Positions 30,202 to 39,559 of a DNA stretch of 64,000 nucleotides are shown one piece after another (position 1 is the first letter of the stretch; every line of letters starts with the position of its first letter). Under the pieces are notes generated by a model. It saw nothing but the letters and a program-made list of their open reading frames with translations, was not told the origin of the DNA and made no database searches. The DNA comes from Myxococcota bacterium. GTDB taxonomy: Bacteria; Myxococcota_A; UBA9160; UBA6930. Both the position numbers and the translations under genes were made by a program. The stretch covers positions 1,248,001-1,312,000 of the forward strand of contig OZ245015.1 in the NCBI GenBank assembly GCA_965223705.1. Reading direction: 5' to 3'.

Positions 30202-31010
30202 GCGGAACGCCCTTCAAGCTCTCGGCGGAGCACGCTCCGCACCTCGTCCATCAGCACCCGGGCGTTCACTCCCGCGCTGCGGTTGTCATCCCAGAATCGT
30301 TTCGCAGTGATCGGAGGGAGTGCGCGCAGGTGGAATTCGCCTCGAGAAGGCGGGACTTTGTACCACTTCTGACCCTTCCGCAACATCGGCGGATCGACAG
30401 AGATCGCGATCGGTACGATCTCGCAGCCGGTGCGAAACGCCAGGTGCGCCGCGGCTCGTCGGAAGGGGCCGAGGCCCGAGGCGGGCGAGCGCGTGCCCTC
30501 GGGAAACAGGAGTAGGGACCGCCCCTTGCGGAGCCGTTTTTCGCAGATGTCGACGACGGACGCCCCGGCGCCGGCGCGCGTGTAGTGCGCCGCCGCGATC
30601 GCGTCGCGGAGTGCCCAAGAGCGCGCGTGATTCTCAGAGACGACCACGTCTCCCTGAGGCAAGCGCGACAGGACGAGAACCGCATCGATCAGTGTCGGAT
30701 GGTTCGCGACATAGATGCGCGGCTCATCCCCCAAAAGATCGTCCGCCCCGCTGAAGCGTACGCGAATGATGCCGAGGAACGTCGCGACGCGGATCCAGAG
30801 TCGAAACCAACGTCGGATGAGGCGTTGTGTCGGAAGATCGGGTTCGGGGTGGCCCAGCCAGGCGATGAGACGCCCGATTTGTCCGCCGGTAAACGAGAGA
30901 AAGCCAAAAAGGATCCAGCCGACGCCGGTCGCGACGACGCGATAGCCCTTCACGAGACCATTACCCCACTCGGTCGAGGCTACCACAGATCTTGGTAATC
31001 TCGACGGCAT
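30198..31010 (-). CDS. lysophospholipid acyltransferase (PlsC/ApeD-like)
   Basis: ANHPTLID, FPEGTRS, LRKGQKWYKVP; start uncertain. Confidence 0.87.
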   Translation of the reverse strand: MPSRLPRSVVASTEWGNGLVKGYRVVATGVGWILFGFLSFTGGQIGRLIAWLGHPEPDLPTQRLIRRWFRLWIRVATFLGIIRVRFSGADDLLGDEPRIYVANHPTLIDAVLVLSRLPQGDVVVSENHARSWALRDAIAAAHYTRAGAGASVVDICEKRLRKGRSLLLFPEGTRSPASGLGPFRRAAAHLAFRTGCEIVPIAISVDPPMLRKGQKWYKVPPSRGEFHLRALPPITAKRFWDDNRSAGVNARVLMDEVRSVLRRELEGRSA

Positions 31011-31029
31011 GAGAAGACCCCTCGGGTTC

Positions 31030-31656
31030 ATGCGCGCGCTCATCGCATGCGCCGCCGCGCTCGCGGCGGCTCCGGTCGGCGCCGAAGTGACCGACGACCC
31101 GGGGGTGAGCCTCGCGTCGGTGATGGAACGGCTTCGAGAATCCCCCGGTTTTCGCGCGGATTTCGTCGAGGTGAGGGAGATCGCCCTCCTCAAGGAGCCG
31201 CTGCAAACGGAGGGAACGCTCTACTTCGTTCCACCGGATCGGTTGGCGCGCGTCACGCACGAGCCGGAACCCGCGTTGATGGTGATCGAAGGCGACCGCT
31301 TGCTCACGCGCGACGCGCTCGGCGTCGAGGAGCTCGATTTAGCGGCGCAGCCGCGGGCGCGCCGGCTCGTCGATCAGTTGACGGTGCTTCTGCGTGGCGA
31401 TCTCGAAGCCCTTCACGAGGCGTACGAAGCGCGCTTTTCCTCCGAGAATGCGACTTGGCAGCTCGACCTGACGCCGCGTGACGTCGTTGCGCGCGAAGTG
31501 ATCGGTCGGGTGAGCCTCCGCGGCGAACGAGAGCGCCTCGAAGAGATGCAGTTCATCGACGCGAGCGGCGACCGCACGCGCACGCGCTTCCACAACGTCG
31601 ACGCTCGCTACGTTTTCGGCGAGGAAGAGCTTCGTCAAATTTTCCCCGCTCCGTGA
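31030..31656 (+). CDS. LolA-like lipoprotein carrier (ApeL-like)
   Basis: Signal peptide MRALIACAAALAAAPVGA; ADFVEVR..LLKEPLQTEG; W.L.LTP; GDRTRTRF; upstream of MMPL. Confidence 0.8.
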   Translation: MRALIACAAALAAAPVGAEVTDDPGVSLASVMERLRESPGFRADFVEVREIALLKEPLQTEGTLYFVPPDRLARVTHEPEPALMVIEGDRLLTRDALGVEELDLAAQPRARRLVDQLTVLLRGDLEALHEAYEARFSSENATWQLDLTPRDVVAREVIGRVSLRGERERLEEMQFIDASGDRTRTRFHNVDARYVFGEEELRQIFPAP

Positions 31657-34007
31657 AAGGCGTATTCGGGTTCCTCGGAGTGCGCGGCGTCCTGCTGATC
31701 GCAGTCGCCGGGATCGCCGGTGCGGTGTGCGCGACGTCTCTGCGCGTGAGCAGCGATATCACGCACTTCATGCCACGCGGCGGCGACGCTCTCGGCCAGG
31801 CGTTGTCCGAGCGTCTCGTGCAAGGCGCCCTATCTCGAACGCTGGTGATTGCGGTGGGGACCGACGATCCGACCGACTGCGTCGAAGCCGCGCGTTGGCT
31901 CGAAAGCGAACTCGCCCGGAACGACGCCGTCGAACGCGTGCGGGGAGGACTTGATCCCGACGCGATCGAGACGTTGGGAAGGCTCTACCTGCCGCGGCGG
32001 TACTACTTGGCTTCCGTCGAGCCGGAATCCGAGATCGGCGCGTGGTTCGAGCCCGCAGCTCTCGAAGACGCTGCCCGGGCGCTCAAGCTTCGGCTCGCCG
32101 GCCCCGCGGCGACGCTCGTTTCGAGGCTCGCTGGCGACGACCCGCTGCTCCTCTCGATGAAGCTCCTCGACCGACTCCGGGCGAGTGGCGCAGCGCTCGA
32201 TCTTTCGGGCGGGCGCTTCGTCACCGCGGACCGCGACCGCTCCGTCCTCTTCGTCACGACGCGCGCTTCCGCTTACGACGCGCGTCGCCAGGGGCCGTTC
32301 CTTCGAGATCTCGATGCACTGGGCGACTCCCTGCGCGAGCGTTTCGGCCCGAGCTCGAGTCTCGAGCTATCGGGCATTCACCCTTTCGCCGCCCATATCG
32401 AGCGCGACATGCAACGGGACATGTGGAAGATCTCGCTCGTCTCGATGTTGGGGGTGGCCGCGGTATTCCTCCTCTTCTTTCGATCGCTGCGCGCACTGTT
32501 CGTCTGCGCCCTTCCACACGTCGTCGGGGTGTTGGTGGCGCTGTCGATCGCAACGCTCGTCTTCGGAACGCTGACTCACTTGGCGTTGCTGTTCGCGATT
32601 GCGCTCGCCGGAGTCTCGATCGACTACTCGATTCACTTGTTGAGTCACGTGGCGCTCCAGCGAGGGCCGCGATCCGACATGGGTTGGCTCCGCGGGTCGC
32701 TCACGCTCGGCGCGGTGACCACCGTGGCGAGCTTCATCGGGCTCGGCCTCAGCACGTTTCCGGGTTTCGACCAGATGGGCTGGGTCGCCGCGGCCGGCGT
32801 GGCCACGGCGCTCGTCGTGAGCGTCTTCGCCTTGCCTCCGATGCTCGCGGCGGCACGTCCGCGGGCGCGGGAAACGGTCCCGTCGGTTCTGTCGCGATGG
32901 GTCGAAGGGTGTGCGTCTCGTCCGCGGCTTCTCCTCGGATTGTCGATCGGGCTGCTGGTCCTCGGGGCGGGCGCTTTCGGCGGGGTCCGCTGGGTCGACG
33001 ATGTCTCGGCGCTCACCAAGATCGACGCGGGCCTCCTCGCCGAAGACGCGTCGGTGCGGGACCGGATCCACCGCATCGACCTCTCTCGTTTCGTCATCGC
33101 GCGCGGAGCCGATCTCGAAGGCGCGCTGCAACGCAACGACGCTGCGGCGTCGACGCTTCGCGGCCTGGTGCGCGACGGCGCGCTCGGGGGGTTCGATTCG
33201 CTGCACACGTTCTTGTGGTCGGAAGATCTGCAGCAAAGGAACCTCCACGCGTTTCGCAGCGTCGAGGACGCGGGACGAAAGATCGACGAAGCCTTCGGAG
33301 CCGCCGGTTTTCGGTCCGGTGCTTTTCAGGGCTTTCGCGACACCCTCGCCGATCCGCCGCCGCCGATTCGCCTGGCGGACCTCGCGGGCACCGAAGCGGA
33401 ACCGTTGGCCGACACACAGCTCCTCGAACTTCCGGGCGGTGTCGCCGTCGTGACCTTTCTCCGCGAGATCCGAGATGTCGAAGCGCTCCGTGGGGCCATC
33501 GATGCACTTCCCGGCGTAGAGCTCTTTGATCACAAGACGTTCGTCGAAGGTATCTACGCCGAGTATCGCGAACGCATCGTCCGGATCATCGTGAGCGGCG
33601 TGTTCCTCGTCTTCGCGATCCTCTGGTTGCGCTATCGCCGTCTGCGATTCGCGATTGCGGCGATCAGCCCGTCACTCCTCACGGCCCTGGCGTTGGTCGT
33701 CCTCGCGGCGCTCTCGGGCACAGCCGTCCACTTGATTCACGTGTTGAGTCTCGTGCTGGTGATGGGCATGGGCGTCGACTACGGGATCTTCACCGTGGAC
33801 ACCGAGCGGGAGGAGCAGTCTCTCGGCACCACCCAGATGGGCTTGCTGGTCTCGTGCCTGACGACGCTGTTCGTGTTCGGAAGCCTCGCGCTCTCGAGCT
33901 ATCCCGCGCTGCGCGCGATGGGGCTGACGACGGGCATCGGACTGCTCTTCTCGTTTCTCTTTGCGCCGGTCGCCGTCGCACTGCTGCGAGTCCGCCGTCG
34001 TGCTTAG
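31653..34007 (+). CDS. MMPL/RND exporter (ApeM-like)
   Basis: Two TM repeats with GVSIDYSIH and GMGVDYGIF. Confidence 0.88.
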   Translation: MKGVFGFLGVRGVLLIAVAGIAGAVCATSLRVSSDITHFMPRGGDALGQALSERLVQGALSRTLVIAVGTDDPTDCVEAARWLESELARNDAVERVRGGLDPDAIETLGRLYLPRRYYLASVEPESEIGAWFEPAALEDAARALKLRLAGPAATLVSRLAGDDPLLLSMKLLDRLRASGAALDLSGGRFVTADRDRSVLFVTTRASAYDARRQGPFLRDLDALGDSLRERFGPSSSLELSGIHPFAAHIERDMQRDMWKISLVSMLGVAAVFLLFFRSLRALFVCALPHVVGVLVALSIATLVFGTLTHLALLFAIALAGVSIDYSIHLLSHVALQRGPRSDMGWLRGSLTLGAVTTVASFIGLGLSTFPGFDQMGWVAAAGVATALVVSVFALPPMLAAARPRARETVPSVLSRWVEGCASRPRLLLGLSIGLLVLGAGAFGGVRWVDDVSALTKIDAGLLAEDASVRDRIHRIDLSRFVIARGADLEGALQRNDAAASTLRGLVRDGALGGFDSLHTFLWSEDLQQRNLHAFRSVEDAGRKIDEAFGAAGFRSGAFQGFRDTLADPPPPIRLADLAGTEAEPLADTQLLELPGGVAVVTFLREIRDVEALRGAIDALPGVELFDHKTFVEGIYAEYRERIVRIIVSGVFLVFAILWLRYRRLRFAIAAISPSLLTALALVVLAALSGTAVHLIHVLSLVLVMGMGVDYGIFTVDTEREEQSLGTTQMGLLVSCLTTLFVFGSLALSSYPALRAMGLTTGIGLLFSFLFAPVAVALLRVRRRA

Positions 34008-34578
34008 GGCGGTATGCCTCTGCCTCCTGGTGTCCGCCGTCGGATGCACGTCGCTCACCCGCACATTCCTCTCACGTACCGGGCCGAAATGTCGCACGCC
34101 GGTCGTTTCGAGTTCCGGGTTCCCCGAGCAATCGGGTCGCGTGATCGCGCGAACGGTCCACCGCGGCGATGAGCAGCGCGGAACGTATCACCTCGAAAGC
34201 GCAGCCGGGGGCGTCGTCTTCGTCGGTCTGCGCGGCCCGGGCGTCAAGGCGTTTACCGTTCGCCACGAGGGACGATCCCTCGATTCGGACATCACGCTCG
34301 GGGGCGACCTCATCCACCCGGAAACCCTCCTGCACGCGATCGAGCGCGCCTACTGGATCGGTATTGCCGACACGCCACTCGGCGACGGCGAGCACCGGGC
34401 GGTGGTCGAGGGCGGGGTGGTCCATGAGACGTGGGAGGGCGGGCGCCTGATCGCGCGGCGATTCGACAAGCCGCGCATGCTCATCCGCTATGAGGCGGGC
34501 AACGCCTTCGTCGCTGACGAAACCTGTGGCTACGAGCTCGAGCTGCGGGCTTCGTTTTCTTCGAACGAAGCGATGTAG
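34000..34578 (+). CDS. lipoprotein, DUF3261/ApeN-like
   Basis: Lipobox AVG-C after hydrophobic stretch; follows MMPL as in APE clusters. Confidence 0.6.
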   Translation: MLRAVCLCLLVSAVGCTSLTRTFLSRTGPKCRTPVVSSSGFPEQSGRVIARTVHRGDEQRGTYHLESAAGGVVFVGLRGPGVKAFTVRHEGRSLDSDITLGGDLIHPETLLHAIERAYWIGIADTPLGDGEHRAVVEGGVVHETWEGGRLIARRFDKPRMLIRYEAGNAFVADETCGYELELRASFSSNEAM

Positions 34579-35237
34579 GCGGCGGATCGGCGTCCGCGTG
34601 CGGTCGCTTCGGCCGGAAACCACGCGGAGAAGCGGCGGTCGAGCCAATTGTCCGTGTAGTAACGGAAGTAGATCTTCCGGATCAGGAACTCGACGGCGAC
34701 GATCATCAGCAGAAGCGACATGTAGACCGGGCCCGTAAAGCGCTGCCACACCGCCACCGGGGCGATGACTGCGAGTCCGGCGATCACCACCGCACTCGTG
34801 AGAAAAAAGCCGGCCCAGAAGCGCGTGCAACCCCTGCAGTAGCCGCGGGTGAATTCCGGGAGGTGGGGTTGGAGGACGCGCGCCATTCGCTCGATGATGC
34901 TTCGGCCGTCTTTGAGAGAATCCATGCAGAAGAGGAAGAGCTGAAGGTTGATGAGCGCGGGAAGCAACAGGAGAAACCGCTCGTCGCCACTCGCCGACGC
35001 CGCGACGAGAATCGCGCCACTGGCGACGAAATCGCGCCACGCGCCCGATTGCAGCCCTGTGCGCTTTCTGGCCGCGTAGCTCAAGGCGAGCATGGCCAGC
35101 CCCACCAGAGCCACCGCGCGAACGCCGAAACGATCGAACAACGCCCCGACCCAGAAGGGATAGATCACCAACAGTACGAGCAAGGCTATGGCGATCGCGG
35201 CTTGACCGGGCGTCGGACGGTTAGCGATGGCGACCAT
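34530..35237 (-). CDS. COG4648/ApeG-like membrane protein
   Basis: YPF...LLLPALIN...SL...IIERMAR...YCR..T..W...EFLIR pattern. Confidence 0.75.
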   Translation of the reverse strand: MVAIANRPTPGQAAIAIALLVLLVIYPFWVGALFDRFGVRAVALVGLAMLALSYAARKRTGLQSGAWRDFVASGAILVAASASGDERFLLLLPALINLQLFLFCMDSLKDGRSIIERMARVLQPHLPEFTRGYCRGCTRFWAGFFLTSAVVIAGLAVIAPVAVWQRFTGPVYMSLLLMIVAVEFLIRKIYFRYYTDNWLDRRFSAWFPAEATARGRRSAAYIASFEENEARSSSS

Positions 35238-35240
35238 GAC

Positions 35241-36662
35241 TCACCAGCGCCGAATCTTGCCCGTCGGGGTTTGTGGCAGTGCGTCGACGAACTCGATCTT
35301 TCGCGGCGTTTTATAGGCGGGCAGGGACGCGCGACAAAGCTCAGTGAGCTCTTTGCGAAGCGTCGGCGGTGCGTCCGGTGCGACAACCTGCGCGACCGGG
35401 ATGGAACCCAAATGAGGATGCTCCTGGGCGGAAACGCGGCAACCTTCGACCGCGGCGTGAGACGCCAGAACCGCTTCGACCTCTTCCGCGAAGAATTTCA
35501 TGCCCGCCATACTGATGCGATTGCTGCGCCGGCCGACCAGGAAGAGGTCGCCATCGCCGTCGAAATACGCCTGATCGCCGGTTCGAAAACCGTCGGGCTC
35601 GAGAATCTCTTTGGCCCGGCACCAAGGCGACAGGTATGCATCGACGCAACCGTCGCCGCGAATGCACAGCTCACCGGTGTGTTCCGCCGAGCTCTTCTCG
35701 AGACGTCGGCCTTCGTCGTCGCGGAGCCAAACATCGTAGCCGGGCAGGGGGCGGCCCAGGGCTTCGGGTTTCGTCCCGGCACTCGCGAGATTGATCACCG
35801 GAAGCCCGACTTCGATGACGCCCAAAGCTTGGGTGATCGGGTGCTCGAAGCGCGCCTCGAACGAGCGCGCGGTGTCGGCGCGCAGGCCGTCTGCGGTGGA
35901 GATCGCGAGGCGGAGCGCGTCGAACGTGAACGTGCTGCTGTCTTTCGCGAGCCCCTGGTAGTGGTAGGGAGACGCGTAGAGCACCGTCGCGCCTGCGGCC
36001 GCGCCGGCTTCGAGCACGTGCCGGCTCAAGTGGCTCGCCGGAAAGACGACGGTCGCGCCGTAGCGCAGATAGAGAAGGATCGAGACCACGAAGTGGTGGG
36101 CGAGGGGCAGGGTCCACACGATGCGATCGTCGGTGTCGATCTCGAGGCCCCCATTCGCGAGGGCGGTGCGTTCGAGCACGGTCTGATGCCCCAGCACGAC
36201 GCCTTTCCGCGCGTTTGTGGTGCCCGACGTAAAGCGCAGGTAGGCCGGCTCGAGAGCGCGGAATTCGCGCTCGTCGAACGCGGCGCCTTGCACATGGGCG
36301 AGCGGGGCTTTCTGTAGGCCCGGGCTCGCGGACTCTCGCCACAGGAAGTGGAGCCGGGTCTCGGTGGCGGTCGGATCCCGCTCGAGAGGCCCACCGCCGT
36401 CGGGAATGGGTACGAGGCAACCGCCGGCCACGAGAATCCCCAACGCGGCTTCGACGAATTCCGGACCTTGAGGGGCGATGAGCCCGCAACGGTCGCCCGG
36501 TTGCACGCCCGCCGAAGACAACACCGCGGCGCGTCGTCGAACGGCGTCGCGAAGTGCGGCGTAGCTCACCGCGCGGACACTTCCGTCGGCGGCGTACTGC
36601 AAGAGCGCGGGGTGTGTCGGTCGCGCGTCGGCGTGCGCGAAAATCTCGTCTACGACGTTCAT
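35241..36662 (-). CDS. class I adenylate-forming enzyme (acyl/aryl ligase)
   Basis: RFTSGTTNARKG, GELCIRG, FRTGD, GRR, PQTPTGKIRR. Confidence 0.88.
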   Translation of the reverse strand: MNVVDEIFAHADARPTHPALLQYAADGSVRAVSYAALRDAVRRRAAVLSSAGVQPGDRCGLIAPQGPEFVEAALGILVAGGCLVPIPDGGGPLERDPTATETRLHFLWRESASPGLQKAPLAHVQGAAFDEREFRALEPAYLRFTSGTTNARKGVVLGHQTVLERTALANGGLEIDTDDRIVWTLPLAHHFVVSILLYLRYGATVVFPASHLSRHVLEAGAAAGATVLYASPYHYQGLAKDSSTFTFDALRLAISTADGLRADTARSFEARFEHPITQALGVIEVGLPVINLASAGTKPEALGRPLPGYDVWLRDDEGRRLEKSSAEHTGELCIRGDGCVDAYLSPWCRAKEILEPDGFRTGDQAYFDGDGDLFLVGRRSNRISMAGMKFFAEEVEAVLASHAAVEGCRVSAQEHPHLGSIPVAQVVAPDAPPTLRKELTELCRASLPAYKTPRKIEFVDALPQTPTGKIRRW

Positions 36663-36666
36663 CGAC

Positions 36667-37932
36667 TCACCTGAGGGGCGCGCGAAAAGCGATGCGCTCG
36701 CGGATAGTAGCCGGCGAGATGTCGGCGAGCGATCGCCGGCTGCGCGCCGCGAGGGCTCCGGCGACGCCGATCGCCTCGCCGGTCGCGAGCGCCGTGCCCA
36801 CGACGCGGAGCGCTCCGTGGGCAACGTGGGTTGCCGACAAACAGCGCCCCGCCATGCCGAGCCGCGGGTGTGTGGCACTCACCAGCGCGCCCAGTGGAAC
36901 GGAACAAGCCGCGGTCGGGTAGCGGAGACGCACGCGACGATGATCCTCCCACAGCTCGATGGGCCAACCCGATCGTGCGACTTCGTCGTCGCGGCGCAGC
37001 CCGCCGAGGACGTCTTCTTCCGTCAGGTGTGCGAGGCCCCGCAGTCGCCGCGTCTCGCGGACGCCTACGTGAATCGGCCAGCCTGTCACCGACGCGTCGC
37101 GAAAATCTTCGCGCGTCGCGCGCAAGTACTCAACGATTTGCTCCGCCCATCGCTTCCCGGCGCTCGTGGCCTTGCGCCGCACGTCGCCGTCCGACAAGAG
37201 GGCGGGCGACTTGGGAAGGTTCAACGTGAGAAACGCCGCGCCCGGAGACACGCCGGGTCGAATCAGCACGGATTCGCATTCGCGCGGCAAGTCGCCGCGA
37301 CGCGCGGCGCCGGAGAGCCCGCGCGTCACCTTGAGCCGCGCAAACCCTTCGGTCGCGCTCGCGGGAACGCCGCCGAGCGCGACGATCAAGGAGCTCGCCT
37401 GGAGCTCCTCTTGCGGCGCGAGATCGGCTTCGGCCCCGCCTGCCGTAGCCGACACAGCGTCTCCGCTGGAATCGATGACCACCGCGGCGGAGAGGGTTTC
37501 ATCGCGGAGCTCGATGCGGGTGTCCGCGTCGTCCGAGGCGCCAAACGTCAGACCGCGCACGGGGTCCTGGGTTCGGATATCGACGCCGGCGGTCTTCTCG
37601 AGGACCGTCGATAGGTGGTCTCCAAAGGCCCGTGGGTCGATCGGAACGACGAAAACGCGGCCGACGCGTTCGGCCGGGAGCGCGCCGCCGCGTTCGAGCA
37701 GCGCTTCGGTCACTTCGCGCGCGAGGCCGTTTTGCAACCAAACGGGCGAATCCGACTCGGGTTCGAAGAGACCGCAGATCGTGTGGACCTGGGCGTTGGC
37801 GACGTTTCCCCCGAGCCGCGCTTCTCGCTCGAGGAGAACGACCGAAGCGCCCTCGCGCGCCGCAGCGAGAGCCGCCGCGCAGCCAGCCGGCCCACCGCCA
37901 ATGACCGCGACGTCGAAGCGCCCGCGGCTCAA
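36667..37932 (-). CDS. FAD-dependent oxidoreductase (FAD_oxidored/PF12831-like)
   Basis: GGGPAG, IDSSGDA, GVRETRR, AGRCLSATHVAHGALRV..T..ATGEAIG. Confidence 0.82.
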   Translation of the reverse strand: MSRGRFDVAVIGGGPAGCAAALAAAREGASVVLLEREARLGGNVANAQVHTICGLFEPESDSPVWLQNGLAREVTEALLERGGALPAERVGRVFVVPIDPRAFGDHLSTVLEKTAGVDIRTQDPVRGLTFGASDDADTRIELRDETLSAAVVIDSSGDAVSATAGGAEADLAPQEELQASSLIVALGGVPASATEGFARLKVTRGLSGAARRGDLPRECESVLIRPGVSPGAAFLTLNLPKSPALLSDGDVRRKATSAGKRWAEQIVEYLRATREDFRDASVTGWPIHVGVRETRRLRGLAHLTEEDVLGGLRRDDEVARSGWPIELWEDHRRVRLRYPTAACSVPLGALVSATHPRLGMAGRCLSATHVAHGALRVVGTALATGEAIGVAGALAARSRRSLADISPATIRERIAFRAPLR

Positions 37933-39254
37933 GACTGCCCCAATAGATCTCGCTTGAATCGATCGCGGTAGATCGCGAGCTCACCCTCGCGGAACACGCC
38001 TCGTTGCCGAACGTGGGTGAGGTTCAGGCGGTCGCCGCGCAGGCTCATGATGGCGCCGCTGCCGGGCGACGTCGGCACCGAGGGCGCGTGGAACCCGTTT
38101 TGCACCGGCGCACCGAAGAAGCTCGTGCAGTCCGGCATGAACTGATCGGTGAACGCGAAGAAGAACGAGCAGAGCTCGCCCGAAAAATCGCGGCGCGCCA
38201 TGCGCGCGTAGAGGTGCGCCGGTGCGAAGCGCGCGAAATCCATCGCGGCGACCCCCGCCGCAACACTGCCCTCGCGAATCCGCTCTTTGCGCTGCCGTTT
38301 CAAACGATCGAGGAGCCGATCCATTTCGGAGACATCTTCCGCGAGCGCCTGGAACCACAGCATCGACACGCGCGTTCGAAAGACGCCCGGCTCGCCGCCC
38401 TTCGGTCGGAGATCGACGGGCAGGGGGACGACGTAGCTCGCGGGACGCGTGCCCCGCGCGAGGAACACGGCATCGTGCGCCCGTATCGCCGCCGCCAGGT
38501 AGAACAGCATCGGCGTCAAGAAGCCGGCCCGCTCCCCCGCGCGTTGGGTGATCGAAGCGGTTTCCTCGGGTGAGAACGTGGTGAGCTCGAGCTCGAGCCG
38601 CTGGGGTTCTCGGCGCAGGGGACCTGCGAGCGATTGCGGCGGATGCTTCGCCAACGCGCGAAACGTGCGTTGCCAGGCCCGGGCCTGCTCGCCGCGCCCG
38701 CGGAGCCCTTCTTCACTCGCGGCCGTGAGGGCCTCGGCGGGCGCGAGTGCCGCGAGGTCGCGCGCGCCACGTTCGATTTCCGCGAGCCGCGTTGTGAAGT
38801 ACTCGCTTCCGGAACCGTCGAACAACATGTGGAGCCACGTCATCGCGAAATCGGCGGAGCCGTCGTCGTAGTGCACGATGTCGAACCGCAGGAGCTCCCC
38901 TTTTGCGGGATGCATCAGCCCGTTGAGTCGCGCTTCGAAGACCTTCGGCAGAAGCTCCGTCCGCGGACCGCCGGTGTGTTCCTCGATCGCGGGCAGCGCA
39001 CCGGGGTGGTCCACGCAGTAGCGAGGCGCGCCCAGACCGCGGCGGATGGGCGCTCGGAGAATCGGGTAGTGCCCGGCGACTTCTGCCACGACTTCCGCGA
39101 AGCGCGCGGCCTTGAAGCCGGGGGCCAGTCGCAAGATGAGTTGGGAGAGATGGCTCGCCCCGGAGTAACGCCGTATCTGCGCGTCGAACGCGCGCAAGAA
39201 ACAATCCGCGCCTGTCAGCGGAACCGACGGCAACTCAGGCGGCGAGCTGATCAT
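37929..39254 (-). CDS. standalone condensation-domain-like acyltransferase
   Basis: YPILRA, WLHMLFDGSG (HHxxxDG variant), PLPVDLRP; overlaps ACP gene. Confidence 0.65.
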   Translation of the reverse strand: MISSPPELPSVPLTGADCFLRAFDAQIRRYSGASHLSQLILRLAPGFKAARFAEVVAEVAGHYPILRAPIRRGLGAPRYCVDHPGALPAIEEHTGGPRTELLPKVFEARLNGLMHPAKGELLRFDIVHYDDGSADFAMTWLHMLFDGSGSEYFTTRLAEIERGARDLAALAPAEALTAASEEGLRGRGEQARAWQRTFRALAKHPPQSLAGPLRREPQRLELELTTFSPEETASITQRAGERAGFLTPMLFYLAAAIRAHDAVFLARGTRPASYVVPLPVDLRPKGGEPGVFRTRVSMLWFQALAEDVSEMDRLLDRLKRQRKERIREGSVAAGVAAMDFARFAPAHLYARMARRDFSGELCSFFFAFTDQFMPDCTSFFGAPVQNGFHAPSVPTSPGSGAIMSLRGDRLNLTHVRQRGVFREGELAIYRDRFKRDLLGQS

Positions 39255-39489
39255 GGATACAGCGCGCCAGCGTGGCACAGCTCGCGAGATTTTCGGGCGT
39301 GAGTTCGCTTTCGTCGAACCACAAACCCGTCCGTTCTTCGACGGTCAACAAGAGCTGTGTGAGCGCGAGAGAATCGAGGCCCGCGGCGATGAGATCGGAA
39401 TCGGCTTCGAAGCCGGCGTCGACCTCGAGCAATTCGTCGCGCACCGTCTCGAAAATCAGTTGCGTCAGTTCCGGAAGTGTGAGGCTCAC
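39235..39489 (-). CDS. second acyl/peptidyl carrier protein
   Basis: DLIAAGLDSLALTQLL motif; about 84 aa, acidic. Confidence 0.85.
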   Translation of the reverse strand: MSLTLPELTQLIFETVRDELLEVDAGFEADSDLIAAGLDSLALTQLLLTVEERTGLWFDESELTPENLASCATLARCIHDQLAA

Positions 39490-39559
39490 AGGATGACCCA
39501 AGTTAGCAGCTCGCCCGAACCGTTGCCCCAACCCGGGGGAGGTGTGTAGGCTCCAGGGG

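Noticed and set aside
31008..31011. Divergent start codons overlapping on CATG (PlsC-like and LolA-like)
   Set aside because: Downstream alternative starts exist for both genes; likely a longest-ORF artefact.
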